Shown: positions 1 through 9,690 of the stretch, one piece after another
Layout of the letters: every line of letters starts with the position of its first letter
Numbering within the stretch: position 1 is the stretch's first letter
Source of the DNA: a bacterium
GTDB lineage: Bacteria > Patescibacteriota > Minisyncoccia > Phycocordibacterales > UBA9973
NCBI GenBank assembly: GCA_027484965.1
Contig: JAIXRY010000015.1
Span: 1,622 to 65,621, forward strand
DNA: 64,000 bases
Direction: 5' to 3'
Translations under genes and position numbers: made by a program
Notes under the pieces: generated by a model
Databases searched by the model: none
What the model was told of the DNA's origin: nothing
What the model saw: only the letters and a program-made list of their open reading frames with translations

Positions 1-61
1 CACAGTTTCAGAAAGAGAAATCGCCTCGTGAATACAAACACTGGGCACACTTTAATTTTTT

Positions 62-406
62 ATGACAAGATCACTCAAAAAAGGCCCATTCGTTGACGAA
101 AAGCTCCTCAAAAAAATTGAGGGCAAAAAACCGTTAGAAACTGGTGTTATTAAAACATGGTCACGTAGAAGTCAGATTCCACCAGAAATGGTAGGGTTCA
201 CTTTTGGCGTGCACAATGGAAAAAACCACATTGAAGTTCTCGTAACTGAAGATATGGTTGGACACCGTCTTGGTGAATTTTCTCCAACACGTAAATTTAC
301 ACGTCATGGAGGTAAAATGCAAAAAGACCTCGACCAAAAGAAAAAGGAATCAGAAATTGCTGCAGCTAAAGCCGCAAAATCTTCTGGCGACTCTAAAAAG
401 AAATAA
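62..406 (+). CDS. rpsS: 30S ribosomal protein S19, with a short Lys-rich C-terminal extension
   Basis: N-terminus [12 protein letters not shown]..., characteristic of S19. It is the first gene of the S10-spc style cluster. Upstream bases 1-61 are probably the end of rplB. Confidence 0.9.
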   Translation: MTRSLKKGPFVDEKLLKKIEGKKPLETGVIKTWSRRSQIPPEMVGFTFGVHNGKNHIEVLVTEDMVGHRLGEFSPTRKFTRHGGKMQKDLDQKKKESEIAAAKAAKSSGDSKKK

Positions 407-426
407 TTATTTATTAATCAACCTGT

Positions 427-792
427 ATGAAAGCTATACTTAAAAATTATCGCCAAGCACCACGAAAAGTTCGTCTAGTGGGAAATCTCATAAAAGGGAA
501 GCGTGTTTCTGACGCTCTCGTAGAATTAGAATTCCTTGCAAAACGCGCATCTCTCCCTCTCCAAAAACTTATTAGTTCTGCTGCTGCAAATGCAGTTAAG
601 AATAATGGTGCAGACCCTGAATTATTGGTTGTAAAAAACGTTACAGTTGATAAAGGTTTGGTTATGAAGCGTTTTATGCCACGTGCTCGTGGTTCTGCTT
701 CTCCAATACACAAACACTCAAGTCATGTATCTATAGAGCTCGCACAGGTCGAAAAGAAAGAAAAAAAATCTAAAGCTAAAGCTTCAAAATAA
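427..792 (+). CDS. rplV: 50S ribosomal protein L22
   Basis: Conserved L22 sequence (RQAPRKVRLV...A..VK.V.V.KG...KRF.PRARG). It sits between S19 and S3. Confidence 0.9.
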   Translation: MKAILKNYRQAPRKVRLVGNLIKGKRVSDALVELEFLAKRASLPLQKLISSAAANAVKNNGADPELLVVKNVTVDKGLVMKRFMPRARGSASPIHKHSSHVSIELAQVEKKEKKSKAKASK

Positions 793-795
793 TTT

Positions 796-1470
796 ATGTC
801 AAAAGTTGTACACCCATTTTCACACCGTCTCGTAGTGCTTCGTGATTGGAAATCACGCTGGTTTGCTACTGGTCAAAAATATAATGAATTCCTAAAGACA
901 GATGTTCTTGTTCGTGAATTTCTCGCAAAACGTCTTCGTGGCTTCTATGTATCACAAGTAATAATAGAAAGAAATCAAAAACAAACTCGTATCGCTCTAC
1001 ACACTTCACGCCCAGGAATGATTATTGGACGTCAAGGTGAAGGTATTGAAAAACTCAAAAAAGATTTGAGTAAATTCATGCAAAGACAAGACCTTAAGGT
1101 TCTTGGTGAAGTAAAAGTTGATGTTGTTGAAATCAGTGAACCAGACGCAGATGCTGCAATCGTAGCATACGCCGTTGCTGAAGGCTTAGAAAAACGTCTT
1201 CCTTTCCGTCGTGTTTTGAAACAAACAATTGATCGTGTGATGCAAGTTCGTAATGTAAAAGGAGCTCGTATCTACGTTACAGGTCGTTTAGGTGGTGCTG
1301 ATATCGCACGTAGTGAACAAGTAAAGCGTGGTTCTATTCCACTCCAAACTTTCCGTGCTGATGTTGACTTCGCTCGTGAAAAAGCACATATGCCATATGG
1401 AGATCTTGGTATTAAGGTTTGGATTTACCGTGGTGATGTTTTTAATGATAAGGACTCTAAAATAAATTAA
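796..1470 (+). CDS. rpsC: 30S ribosomal protein S3
   Basis: KH-domain-type S3 sequence (GQKVHPFSHRL...RPGMIIGRQGEGIEKLKK). Operon position fits. Confidence 0.92.
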   Translation: MSKVVHPFSHRLVVLRDWKSRWFATGQKYNEFLKTDVLVREFLAKRLRGFYVSQVIIERNQKQTRIALHTSRPGMIIGRQGEGIEKLKKDLSKFMQRQDLKVLGEVKVDVVEISEPDADAAIVAYAVAEGLEKRLPFRRVLKQTIDRVMQVRNVKGARIYVTGRLGGADIARSEQVKRGSIPLQTFRADVDFAREKAHMPYGDLGIKVWIYRGDVFNDKDSKIN

Positions 1471-1476
1471 ACGCGT

Positions 1477-1896
1477 ATGTTATTCCCAAAGAAAGTAAAA
1501 TTTAGAAAGTGGCAAACAGATCGTAGAGATATGTCAAAAGCACCTCATGATACAAGAGGTACGACCATTGCTTTTGGTTCATACGCCCTCAAAGCCGAAA
1601 CAGCTGCACGTGTTCGTTCAAATCAAATTGAATCTGCTCGTAAAGTTGCAACAAGAACAATTACAAAAGTAGGACGTCTCTGGATTCGTATTTTTCCTGA
1701 CAGACCATTCACTGCAAAACCAGCAGAAGTAGGTATGGGAAAAGGAAAGGGAGACCCACAAGGATACTGTTTCGAAGTACTCCCAGGTCGTATTATATTT
1801 GAAGTTGATGGTGTGACAGAAGAAGTTGCCCGCGAAGCCCTCCGTAAAGCAGGTACAAAACTTCCAGTTAAAACACGTATAATTTCACGCCAATAA
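1477..1896 (+). CDS. rplP: 50S ribosomal protein L16
   Basis: KKVKFRKWQ...GMGKGKG motif of L16. It follows S3. Confidence 0.92.
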   Translation: MLFPKKVKFRKWQTDRRDMSKAPHDTRGTTIAFGSYALKAETAARVRSNQIESARKVATRTITKVGRLWIRIFPDRPFTAKPAEVGMGKGKGDPQGYCFEVLPGRIIFEVDGVTEEVAREALRKAGTKLPVKTRIISRQ

Positions 1897-1901
1897 TATT
1901 T

Positions 1902-2144
1902 ATGGAAAAAACAAACACAAAAACAAAAAAGACTCTTGATGGTATTGTTGTATCAGACAAAATGACAAAAACAATTGTTGTTACTGTTGATACTTTCAAA
2001 AAACACCAAAAGTACCAAAAGTACTACAAAATAACAAAGCGTTACAAGGCGCGTGATGAAGAAGGTAAGTACAAGGTCGGTGACAAGGTTACTATCATGG
2101 AAACACGTCCACTCTCAAAAGACGTTCATTTTATCGTCCAATAA
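1902..2144 (+). CDS. rpsQ: 30S ribosomal protein S17
   Basis: [14 protein letters not shown]...HDE...GD.V.I.E.RPLSK pattern of S17. It follows L16 directly, with no room for rpmC. Confidence 0.88.
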   Translation: MEKTNTKTKKTLDGIVVSDKMTKTIVVTVDTFKKHQKYQKYYKITKRYKARDEEGKYKVGDKVTIMETRPLSKDVHFIVQ

Positions 2145-2162
2145 TTTTTAATATATAGGCTT

Positions 2163-2534
2163 ATGATACAAGATGGAACAGTAGTAAAAATCGCAGACAA
2201 CTCCGGAGGTAAAATCGGGAAAGTTTTCAAAGTGCTCAATGGCGCACATCGTCGTTATGCAGGACTTGGAGACCTCGTTATTATTTCTGTAAAAGTTGCA
2301 GAACCTAGAAAAGGTGTAAAAAAGAAAGACGTTTGCCAAGCTGTGGTTGTTCGTCAAAGAAATGCACACCGTCGTGCTGATGGATCATACATCCGCTTCG
2401 ATGAAAACGCAGTAGTTATCCTTGATAAAGGTAAAAAAGAACCAAAAGGAGGTCGTATTTTCGGTCCAATTCCAAGAGAGATCGCGGAACGTGGATATCA
2501 AAAAATAGTATCACTTGCCCCAGAGGTAATTTAA
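2163..2534 (+). CDS. rplN: 50S ribosomal protein L14
   Basis: MIQ..T..K.ADNSG motif of L14. Confidence 0.92.
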   Translation: MIQDGTVVKIADNSGGKIGKVFKVLNGAHRRYAGLGDLVIISVKVAEPRKGVKKKDVCQAVVVRQRNAHRRADGSYIRFDENAVVILDKGKKEPKGGRIFGPIPREIAERGYQKIVSLAPEVI

Positions 2535-2539
2535 ATTGT

Positions 2540-2755
2540 ATGAAAATAAAGAAAGGAGATAAAATTGAAGTAATAGCAGGAGATGATAAGGGAACAAAAG
2601 GAACAGTTCTTAAGGCTTTTCCTCTTTTAAATAAAGTACTTGTTGAAGGTGTTAATATTGTAAAGAAGCATCAAAAATCACGTGTTAGTGGTGCTAAAGG
2701 TACAATAGTCGAAAAACCTCTACCTATTCACGCTTCTAATGTTAAAAAAGTATAA
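2540..2755 (+). CDS. rplX: 50S ribosomal protein L24
   Basis: KOW-type L24 (KIKKGD.V.VI.G.DKGK.G.V). Confidence 0.85.
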   Translation: MKIKKGDKIEVIAGDDKGTKGTVLKAFPLLNKVLVEGVNIVKKHQKSRVSGAKGTIVEKPLPIHASNVKKV

Positions 2756-2765
2756 CTAAAATTAT

Positions 2766-3305
2766 ATGCAAACAGTAAAAGAAAAAGAGAATAATATTTT
2801 TGATGTTATGAAAGGAGAGTTTGGCTACAAAAACAAACTCGCTGCACCAAGATTTGTAAAGGTTGTAGTTTCTTCAGGAACAGGTACAAAAATGAAAAGA
2901 GATCGTGGGACTAATGATTTAGTTTCAGACCGTCTTTCAAAAATCACAGGACAAAAAACAGCTGTTCGTGGAGCAAAGCAATCAGTTGCAAGTTTCAAAA
3001 TTCGTGAAGGGGATCCAATCGGTGTTACTGTAACACTTCGCGGAGCTACTATGTACTCTTTCCTAGAAAAGCTTATCAATGTTGCAATTCCTCGTACAAA
3101 AGACTTTCGTGGTCTAGACAGTAAATCAGTGGACGCTATTGGTAATATGACTATGGCTGTTCGTGAACACACTATCTTCCCAGAATGTACAGACGAAGAA
3201 CTCAAAGATGTATTCGGATTCAGTATTACTATGGTAACTACTGCAAAAGATAAAAAAGAAGCAACAGCTTTCTTTTCAAACATCGGAATGCCTTTCAAAA
3301 AATAA
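2766..3305 (+). CDS. rplE: 50S ribosomal protein L5
   Basis: L5 family sequence; follows L24 in the spc-operon order. Confidence 0.92.
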   Translation: MQTVKEKENNIFDVMKGEFGYKNKLAAPRFVKVVVSSGTGTKMKRDRGTNDLVSDRLSKITGQKTAVRGAKQSVASFKIREGDPIGVTVTLRGATMYSFLEKLINVAIPRTKDFRGLDSKSVDAIGNMTMAVREHTIFPECTDEELKDVFGFSITMVTTAKDKKEATAFFSNIGMPFKK

Positions 3306-3316
3306 GCATTCAAATA

Positions 3317-3350
3317 AAAGACCCTCACTTAGGTGAGGGTCTTTTATTAT
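3317..3350 (+). terminator. Rho-independent terminator after rplE
   Basis: Hairpin AAAAGACCCTCACTTAGGTGAGGGTCTTTT followed by a T-run. Confidence 0.6.
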
Positions 3351-3361
3351 TTTAATTTATG

Positions 3362-3370
3362 TGTTATAAT
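3362..3370 (+). promoter_or_regulatory. Possible extended -10 promoter (TGTTATAAT) for the inserted gene
   Basis: TGnTATAAT-like element about 25 nt upstream of the ATG at 3393. No clear -35. Confidence 0.3.
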
Positions 3371-3392
3371 GCTTGGGAACAATTATAAAAAA

Positions 3393-4058
3393 ATGAGTAC
3401 TTATACAATTTACGCTTTGACCGCTCTGGGAGTGATTTTAGTAACACTTTTTATTTTTAAAAAGTTTATTCCTTCAGAATTTGATTTCTTTTTTACAAGA
3501 ACAAATCTACAAAATCTGCAAAATGGTCTTACTTTTGACCCTTCTCTTACTTTTTTTCGTCTAAAAAAACATTATGATGAAAAGGTTAAAAACGAAAAAG
3601 TTTTTAAATTTTCTCCACAAAAAATGGAAAAATTTAAAAATTCAGCTACGAATGTTTTGGTAAAACATATTATTAACGATGCTAAAAATTCTGGACTTGG
3701 AGTTTCTGCAGTTTTAATAAAAAAACTTGAAGGATCTTGTGAGGTATGTAGAAAAACTGAATATGAAGTTTTGGGATCTGTTTTACAAGGTTTGTCACAC
3801 CATAAAGATTTGCTAACTGCTTTAAAAGAAGAGCTTTCTGTTTATGAAAAAAATCTAGAAGAATCTAGTATAAAAGAAGATCCACTAAAAATTAAAGCTA
3901 TTTGTGTAAATAAATTAATTTTTTTCTTTGTAAACTTAAGGTCTGTTAATTCAGAAACAAAGTTACTTGATCTATTTGAGGCTGATCATAAAAGATTAAG
4001 CCATATTGTAGATTTGAAACCGCAAGGCTTTATTGTTAAAGAACAAAAAAGCGCTTAA
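3393..4058 (+). CDS. Hypothetical N-terminally membrane-anchored protein inserted in the ribosomal spc cluster. The ORF track starts at 3333; the ATG at 3393 is more plausible.
   Basis: Open frame with an N-terminal hydrophobic helix (TYTIYALTALGVILVTLFIF). No recognisable catalytic motif. Bracketed by its own promoter-like element and terminator, between rplE and rpsN. Confidence 0.5.
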   Translation: MSTYTIYALTALGVILVTLFIFKKFIPSEFDFFFTRTNLQNLQNGLTFDPSLTFFRLKKHYDEKVKNEKVFKFSPQKMEKFKNSATNVLVKHIINDAKNSGLGVSAVLIKKLEGSCEVCRKTEYEVLGSVLQGLSHHKDLLTALKEELSVYEKNLEESSIKEDPLKIKAICVNKLIFFFVNLRSVNSETKLLDLFEADHKRLSHIVDLKPQGFIVKEQKSA

Positions 4059-4082
4059 CCCTCTTAATTGAGGGTTTTTTTA
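4057..4082 (+). terminator. Rho-independent terminator
   Basis: AACCCTCTTAATTGAGGGTTTTTTT hairpin plus T-run. Confidence 0.6.
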
Positions 4083-4111
4083 TTGACAAAATGCCTTGAT
4101 TTTGCTATTAT
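4083..4111 (+). promoter_or_regulatory. Near-consensus sigma70-type promoter (TTGACA-17 nt-TATTAT) restarting transcription of rpsN through map
   Basis: TTGACA at 4083-4088, exact 17-nt spacer, TATTAT at 4106-4111. Followed by a leader of about 156 nt before rpsN. Confidence 0.55.
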
Positions 4112-4267
4112 AGGCAAACCTAATTGGTAGATCCATTACTCTCCTTAAGACCTTGTTTTTAATAAGTATTTAAGAAAAATAGTGTGATATCCCTTTTTGG
4201 TTTAGCCTCAGGTTATACATTGAGGAATCTTTATTAGAAACTAGTATAAAACTAGATAGTTAATTTT

Positions 4268-4453
4268 ATGGCAAAAACATCAGTATTAGCACGTGCAGCA
4301 AAAAAACAAAAATATCCGGTTCGCGCAAAGAATCGCTGTTTTAAGTGTGGTCGTGGTCATGGATATATGAGAGACTTCGGTCTTTGTCGTATATGTTTCC
4401 GTGAGCTTGCAAACGAAGGTATGATTCCTGGAGTTCGCAAATCTTCTTGGTAG
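4268..4453 (+). CDS. rpsN: 30S ribosomal protein S14, type Z (zinc-binding, 61 aa)
   Basis: CxxC...CxxC Zn ribbon ([23 protein letters not shown]), typical of S14 type Z. Confidence 0.9.
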   Translation: MAKTSVLARAAKKQKYPVRAKNRCFKCGRGHGYMRDFGLCRICFRELANEGMIPGVRKSSW

Positions 4454-4474
4454 TTTAATTTTAAAAAATATTTT

Positions 4475-4861
4475 ATGGACCGTATTGGAGACATGTTAAA
4501 TATGATCAAGCTTGCAGGTAAGGCTAAACACCCTATCGCAACAATCCCGCATTCAAAGCAAAAACTTGCTATTTTAGAATGCTTATTAAAAGCTGGTTAC
4601 ATCGCAGGATTATCTGTTCGTACAGAAAAAGGATTTCCTGTTATTGATGTAACTATTCGTTATGAAAATGATGCACCTCGTATTCACGAAGTTGCTCGTA
4701 TTTCAAAACCATCTCGTCGTTTGTACACTTCATCAAAGGATCTACGTCCTTTCCATGGTGGACACGGATCACAAATTCTCTCAACACCAAAGGGGATTTT
4801 GACAGACAAGGAGGCAAAAAAACAACAGGTCGGAGGTGAAATTCTTCTTAGTATTTGGTAA
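4475..4861 (+). CDS. rpsH: 30S ribosomal protein S8
   Basis: S8 family. The annotated N-terminus may be a few codons long. Confidence 0.88.
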   Translation: MDRIGDMLNMIKLAGKAKHPIATIPHSKQKLAILECLLKAGYIAGLSVRTEKGFPVIDVTIRYENDAPRIHEVARISKPSRRLYTSSKDLRPFHGGHGSQILSTPKGILTDKEAKKQQVGGEILLSIW

Positions 4862-5406
4862 TTTACACATTTATGTCACGTATAGGAAAACAACTCATTC
4901 AAATTCCACAAGGTGTTACAGTAACTATTTCTCCAGACGAAGTAGTTGTTGCAGGACCTCTTGGAACACTCAAGAAAAATACTCTTGATTTGGTAGCTAT
5001 CTCACAACAAGATGGTGTGCTTACATTTACTCCAAGAAAGACAGATAAATTCTCTCGCTCACTTTGGGGAACATATGCTTCACATGTTGAAAATATGATC
5101 CAAGGTGTTGTGACTCCATTCGTTAAAAAACTCATCTTAGAAGGTGTTGGGTTTAAGAGTGAGGTAAAAGGAACAGATCTTCATCTTGCTCTTGGATTTT
5201 CACATCCAGTAGTAGTAGCGATTCCACAAGGACTCACAGTTACTGCAGAAAAGAACAATATTACTGTTACAGGAATCGACAAAGATCTCGTTGGATTTTT
5301 CACGGCTCATGTTCGTTCTTTGAAGAAACCAGAACCTTACAAAGGTAAAGGTTTCCGTTACAGTGATGAAATTATTCGTCGAAAAGCTGGTAAAAAATCT
5401 GCATAG
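4855..5406 (+). CDS. rplF: 50S ribosomal protein L6 (true start probably at 4873, MSRIGK)
   Basis: MSRIGK...Q.P.GV.V tandem L6 domains. Confidence 0.9.
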   Translation: MVIYTFMSRIGKQLIQIPQGVTVTISPDEVVVAGPLGTLKKNTLDLVAISQQDGVLTFTPRKTDKFSRSLWGTYASHVENMIQGVVTPFVKKLILEGVGFKSEVKGTDLHLALGFSHPVVVAIPQGLTVTAEKNNITVTGIDKDLVGFFTAHVRSLKKPEPYKGKGFRYSDEIIRRKAGKKSA

Positions 5407-5421
5407 TCTTAATATACATAT

Positions 5422-5772
5422 ATGAATACATTACAGAAAAAAACAGAAAAACGTCTTCGTCTTAAGAAAAAGATTCGTAGTAAAATCTTTGGTACAGCGG
5501 AACTTCCACGTCTTACAGTGTTCCGTTCTAACATCCACATCTACGCTCAACTTATCGATGACACAAAAGGTAACACTCTTTGCTCATTCTCTGATATGGG
5601 TATAAAAGATGGTACTAAAAAAGATCACGCACTTCTAGTTGGAAAAGGAATCGCAGAAGTAGCAAAAAAGGCAGGTATCACTAGTGTTGTTTTTGACCGT
5701 AACGGTTTTAAATACACAGGTCGTGTAAAAATATTAGCTGATGCAGCCCGAGAGGGAGGACTTACATTTTAA
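5422..5772 (+). CDS. rplR: 50S ribosomal protein L18
   Basis: [18 protein letters not shown]...S...[18 protein letters not shown], typical of L18. Confidence 0.88.
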   Translation: MNTLQKKTEKRLRLKKKIRSKIFGTAELPRLTVFRSNIHIYAQLIDDTKGNTLCSFSDMGIKDGTKKDHALLVGKGIAEVAKKAGITSVVFDRNGFKYTGRVKILADAAREGGLTF

Positions 5773-5777
5773 TTTTT

Positions 5778-6398
5778 ATGCCTACACCACAAAAAACAAC
5801 AACAACATCATCATCAAACAGACCAGGTTCACGCGGACCAGGATCTAATGGACCAAGACGTCCAGGTGGAAAAGAAGGAGGTCGCACTTATGCAGATCGC
5901 CCAAAGCCAGAATTTGATCAAAAAATTCTAGATATTCGTCGCGTTACTCGTGTTATGGCAGGAGGTCGTCGTATGACTTTTGCTGTAGCAATGGTTATTG
6001 GTGACAAAAAAGGTTCAGTTGGACTTGGTACTGGTAAAGGAGCTGATACAGCGCTTGCTATTGCGAAAGCTTTGAAGAGTGCTCGTAAAGCAATGATTAC
6101 TATCAAGACAACAAAAGACATGTCTTTGCCTCATGAAATAAAAGCAAAAGAAACAAGTTCACAAGTATTCTTGATGCCTAACAAAGGAAAAGGTCTTGTA
6201 GCTGGTTCTGCTGTTCGTGATATTCTTACACTTGCAGGATTGAAGAATGTTACTGCAAAAATTCATTCAGGAAGTAAAAACCGTTTGAATAATGGTCGTG
6301 CAACAATGAAAGCACTTGCTCTTGTTTCTACAAAAAAGAAACATGGTCTTCCAGAAGCAGTTGCTGTTCCAGAAGTAACTCCTGCAATAGAAAAATAA
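5778..6398 (+). CDS. rpsE: 30S ribosomal protein S5 with a roughly 45-aa Gly/Pro/Arg-rich N-terminal extension
   Basis: Core RV.RV..GGR...FA...V.GD..G.VG.G.GKA is S5. The N-terminal low-complexity tail is extra. Confidence 0.9.
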   Translation: MPTPQKTTTTSSSNRPGSRGPGSNGPRRPGGKEGGRTYADRPKPEFDQKILDIRRVTRVMAGGRRMTFAVAMVIGDKKGSVGLGTGKGADTALAIAKALKSARKAMITIKTTKDMSLPHEIKAKETSSQVFLMPNKGKGLVAGSAVRDILTLAGLKNVTAKIHSGSKNRLNNGRATMKALALVSTKKKHGLPEAVAVPEVTPAIEK

Positions 6399-6409
6399 TT
6401 TAAAGGCTT

Positions 6410-6853
6410 ATGCAAATGAACACAATTTCTCGTACAATTTCAAATAAAAAAGCAAAAGTAGTTGGACGTGGGGGAGCTCGCGGTAAAACTTCAGGACGCG
6501 GAGGAAAAGGACAAACAGCTCGCGCTGGTAACAAAACTCGCCCTCAAATGCGTGACATCATCAAGAAACTTCCAAAACTTCGTGGACGTGGTAAGAATAG
6601 TAACAAATCAATTACAGAAAAACCTGTAGTAGTTACTCTTGCAACTCTCGAAAAAATCTTTGACACAGGATCAAGAATTAATCCTAGTGTACTACTTGAG
6701 AAGAGACTTATCAGTCGCACACAAGGAGTCCTTCCTGCTGTTAAGATTCTTGCAACAGGTACTCTTACTAAAAAACTTATTGTTACTAGTGAATGTCTCG
6801 TGAGTGCTGCAGCTCGTGTACAAATAGAGGCAGCCGGCGGGAAGGTTTACTAA
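6410..6853 (+). CDS. rplO: 50S ribosomal protein L15
   Basis: Gly/Arg-rich L15 N-terminus (GRGGARGKTSGRGGKG). It follows S5 directly, so there is no rpmD (L30). Confidence 0.88.
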   Translation: MQMNTISRTISNKKAKVVGRGGARGKTSGRGGKGQTARAGNKTRPQMRDIIKKLPKLRGRGKNSNKSITEKPVVVTLATLEKIFDTGSRINPSVLLEKRLISRTQGVLPAVKILATGTLTKKLIVTSECLVSAAARVQIEAAGGKVY

Positions 6854-6865
6854 AACCTAAACTCT

Positions 6866-8137
6866 ATGGATACCTTTATTCTTAAACTAAAAAATTTATG
6901 GAACGATTCTCAATTGAGAAATCGTATCATCGTAGTTATATTGATGCTTGTGGTGTTCCGTGCACTTGCTTCAATCCCAGTTCCAGGAGTAGATGTAGGA
7001 CGTCTTTCAGCGCTTCTTGCTAATAATCAATTCTTTGGTGCACTTAACGTATTTTCTGGAGGAGGACTTTCAACTCTTTCTATTCTAATGCTTGGTGTTG
7101 GTCCATATATTACAGCTTCTATCATTATGCAACTTTTGACTATGATGATTCCAAGTCTGAAGTCTATGTATCAAGAAGAAGGTGAGATTGGACGTATAAA
7201 ATTTACTCAATACTCACGCTTCCTTACTATTCCTCTTGCTGCACTTCAAGGATTTTCACTTCTATTGCTTCTTTCAAAGCAAGGAGTGATTCCAGGACTC
7301 GATCAATTTGGATATTTCCTAAGTATCTCTGTTATTGTTGCTGGTTCAATGCTCCTTATGTGGATTGGAGAACTTCTTTCAGAATTCGGTATTGGAAATG
7401 GAATATCACTTCTAATATTCGCTGGTATCGTAGCTTCTGTTCCTACACATATTAGTCAATTACTTTATACATTTGACGCTTCACAAATACCTACACTTCT
7501 AGCGTTTGTGGGTGCAGGTATTCTTGTTATTGCTGGTGTTGTATATATTACAGAAGCAGAAAGATTGATTCCTATTACTTATACAAAACAAGTAAAGGGA
7601 AGCCGTGTGGTTGGTGGAAATTCAACATACCTCCCACTTAAACTTAATCAAGCAGGAGTTATTCCAATAATTTTTGCGCTCTCAATCTTGTTATTTCCAC
7701 AACTCATTGCAACTTTCTTGAGTGGAATGGAAAGTGCTACAGCTCAATCAGTGGCAAGATCTCTTACACTGTTTTTGCAAAGTACATGGTTATACTCTCT
7801 TGTATACTTCATACTCGTAACTCTCTTCACTTACTTCTACACTGCTGTTACTTTTGACCCAGAACAAATGGCTACAAACTTACAAAAGAATGGAGCATTT
7901 ATTCCAGGAATTCGTCCAGGACAATCAACAACAGAGTACCTTACAAAATTAGTTACTAAACTCACTTTTGTAGGAGCTATATTCCTTGGAATCGTAGCGG
8001 TATTGCCACTTATTGTGAGAACACTTACAGGTATTAATTCTGTTGCTCTTGGAGGTACCGCGCTTTTGATTGTTGTCTCTGTTGTTCTTGATTTGATCAA
8101 GCGTACAGATGCACAGCTTTCATTACAAGAATACTAA
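6866..8137 (+). CDS. secY: Preprotein translocase subunit SecY
   Basis: 10-TM protein with the SecY signature. Conserved position after rplO. Confidence 0.92.
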   Translation: MDTFILKLKNLWNDSQLRNRIIVVILMLVVFRALASIPVPGVDVGRLSALLANNQFFGALNVFSGGGLSTLSILMLGVGPYITASIIMQLLTMMIPSLKSMYQEEGEIGRIKFTQYSRFLTIPLAALQGFSLLLLLSKQGVIPGLDQFGYFLSISVIVAGSMLLMWIGELLSEFGIGNGISLLIFAGIVASVPTHISQLLYTFDASQIPTLLAFVGAGILVIAGVVYITEAERLIPITYTKQVKGSRVVGGNSTYLPLKLNQAGVIPIIFALSILLFPQLIATFLSGMESATAQSVARSLTLFLQSTWLYSLVYFILVTLFTYFYTAVTFDPEQMATNLQKNGAFIPGIRPGQSTTEYLTKLVTKLTFVGAIFLGIVAVLPLIVRTLTGINSVALGGTALLIVVSVVLDLIKRTDAQLSLQEY

Positions 8138-8187
8138 GAATAGTTACCAGTAATCAGTAACAAATAACTAGTAAAATACAAGACAAC

Positions 8188-8222
8188 AAAAGCGGGACCC
8201 GAAGGGTTCTGCTTTTGTTTTG
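8188..8222 (+). terminator. Rho-independent terminator (CCCGAAGGG-loop family)
   Basis: AAAAGCGGGACCCGAAGGGTTCTGCTTTTGTTTT. Confidence 0.5.
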
Positions 8223-8241
8223 TGCGTAAATTTATTAATTA

Positions 8242-8844
8242 TTGTATACTTATTTTATGGAACCATACACAATTCTTTTCTTTGGTCGCACAGGAGCAGG
8301 AAAAGGCACTCAAGCTCATCTTCTTCAAGATTACCTAAGAGAGCAAAAAAAGGAAGTTTTATACATAGAAACAGGAGCACGTTTTCGTCTTTTTACGGAA
8401 GAACCTTCCTATACCGCAAAATACACTAAAAAGATTCTTGAAGACGGAGGGCTTTTACCTGATTTTCTTCCTGTTGCACTTTGGGGAAGAATTTTTATGG
8501 AAGAATACAGAGGTGATGAAAACATAATTCTAGATGGACTTGCACGTCGTGAAAATGAAGCAGTTCTTCTTGATTCTGCACTTTCATTTTTTCAAAGAAA
8601 AAACACATATGTTTTAGATATTAATATTTCTAGAGAGTGGGCAGAAAATGTTTTGAAAACAAGAGGGAGAGCAGACGATGATAGTGAAGATATAAAACAT
8701 AAAATGGAGTGGTTTGAACTAAATACTATTCCAGCAATCAATCATTTTAAAAATAATAGTGCTTATACATTTATAGAAATTAATGGCGAGCAAACAATAG
8801 AACAAGTTCATAATGATATTTTAAAAGCATTAAAGATTGTTTAA
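8242..8844 (+). CDS. adk: Adenylate kinase, divergent (start possibly at 8257)
   Basis: P-loop GRTGAGKGTQA, LDGLARR (compare GFPR) and RADDD motifs. Canonical secY-adk-map order. Confidence 0.75.
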   Translation: MYTYFMEPYTILFFGRTGAGKGTQAHLLQDYLREQKKEVLYIETGARFRLFTEEPSYTAKYTKKILEDGGLLPDFLPVALWGRIFMEEYRGDENIILDGLARRENEAVLLDSALSFFQRKNTYVLDINISREWAENVLKTRGRADDDSEDIKHKMEWFELNTIPAINHFKNNSAYTFIEINGEQTIEQVHNDILKALKIV

Positions 8845-9613
8845 TATGGCAGTAATTATTAAAACAAAAGAACAAATAGATATTCTCAGGCAAGGAGGAA
8901 AAAGACTAGCTGAAGTTGTTCACAAGGTATCTCAAAAAGCGTTACCGGGAGTCACTACAGACGAGCTTGATACATACGCATACGAGCTTATTGTCTCTAT
9001 GGGAGATAAGCCTGCTTTTTTGAATTATAAGCCAGAAGGAGCACCTTATGCTTTTCCTAAGACACTTTGCATTTCTGTAAATGATGAAGTTGTTCATGGA
9101 ATACCAGGAGAAAAAGTTTTGAAGAATGGAGATATTGTCTCTATTGATTGTGGAATAAATCATGGAGGACTTTTTACAGATCATGCTGTTACTGTGGTGG
9201 TAGGAGAAACAACAAAAGAATCATACAGACTTATTGAAGCTGCAACATTATCTCTTGAAGCGGGAATAGAAGCTATAGTCCCAGGTGCTCGTATTGGTGA
9301 TATTTCTTCTGCAATAGAAAAGGTTATAAAACCTTATAAGTTTGGAATAATAAAAGAGCTTGCAGGTCATGGTGTGGGTGTAAAAATTCACGAAGATCCA
9401 TACATACCAAATTATGGAAAAGCTGGAACTGGTCTTGTTCTCAAACCAGGAATGGTTATAGCTATAGAGCCTATGATTAATATAGGAAAACAGTCTATAA
9501 CTATTGCACGTGACGGTTGGACTATTAAAACCAAAGACAGATCAAGAAGTGCTCACATGGAACACACTGTACTTATTACAGAGACTGGTGCCGAGATTCT
9601 TACTATGATGTAA
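8837..9613 (+). CDS. map: Methionine aminopeptidase type I
   Basis: Pita-bread metal-ligand pattern (VVHGIPG...D.V.ID.G...HGG..D...T...EPM). Follows adk. Confidence 0.9.
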   Translation: MFNMAVIIKTKEQIDILRQGGKRLAEVVHKVSQKALPGVTTDELDTYAYELIVSMGDKPAFLNYKPEGAPYAFPKTLCISVNDEVVHGIPGEKVLKNGDIVSIDCGINHGGLFTDHAVTVVVGETTKESYRLIEAATLSLEAGIEAIVPGARIGDISSAIEKVIKPYKFGIIKELAGHGVGVKIHEDPYIPNYGKAGTGLVLKPGMVIAIEPMINIGKQSITIARDGWTIKTKDRSRSAHMEHTVLITETGAEILTMM

Positions 9614-9615
9614 AT

Positions 9616-9645
9616 AAAAACCACAAACATATGTTTGTGGTTTTT
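9616..9645 (+). terminator. Rho-independent terminator after map
   Basis: AAAAACCACAAACATATGTTTGTGGTTTTT. Confidence 0.6.
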
Positions 9646-9690
9646 ATTATCACAGAGCATATTAAAATTTGTATGTTAAAATAAATTCAT

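Noticed and set aside
258-713. Alternative-frame and antisense ORFs (61 and 88 aa) over rpsS and rplV
   Set aside because: They overlap highly conserved ribosomal protein genes. No independent support.
2825-3328. 167-aa antisense ORF across rplE
   Set aside because: Antisense to a conserved ribosomal gene. A compositional artefact.
8220-8429. 69-aa ORF overlapping the adk start in another frame
   Set aside because: Ser/Arg-rich low-complexity translation. It overlaps the adk P-loop region.
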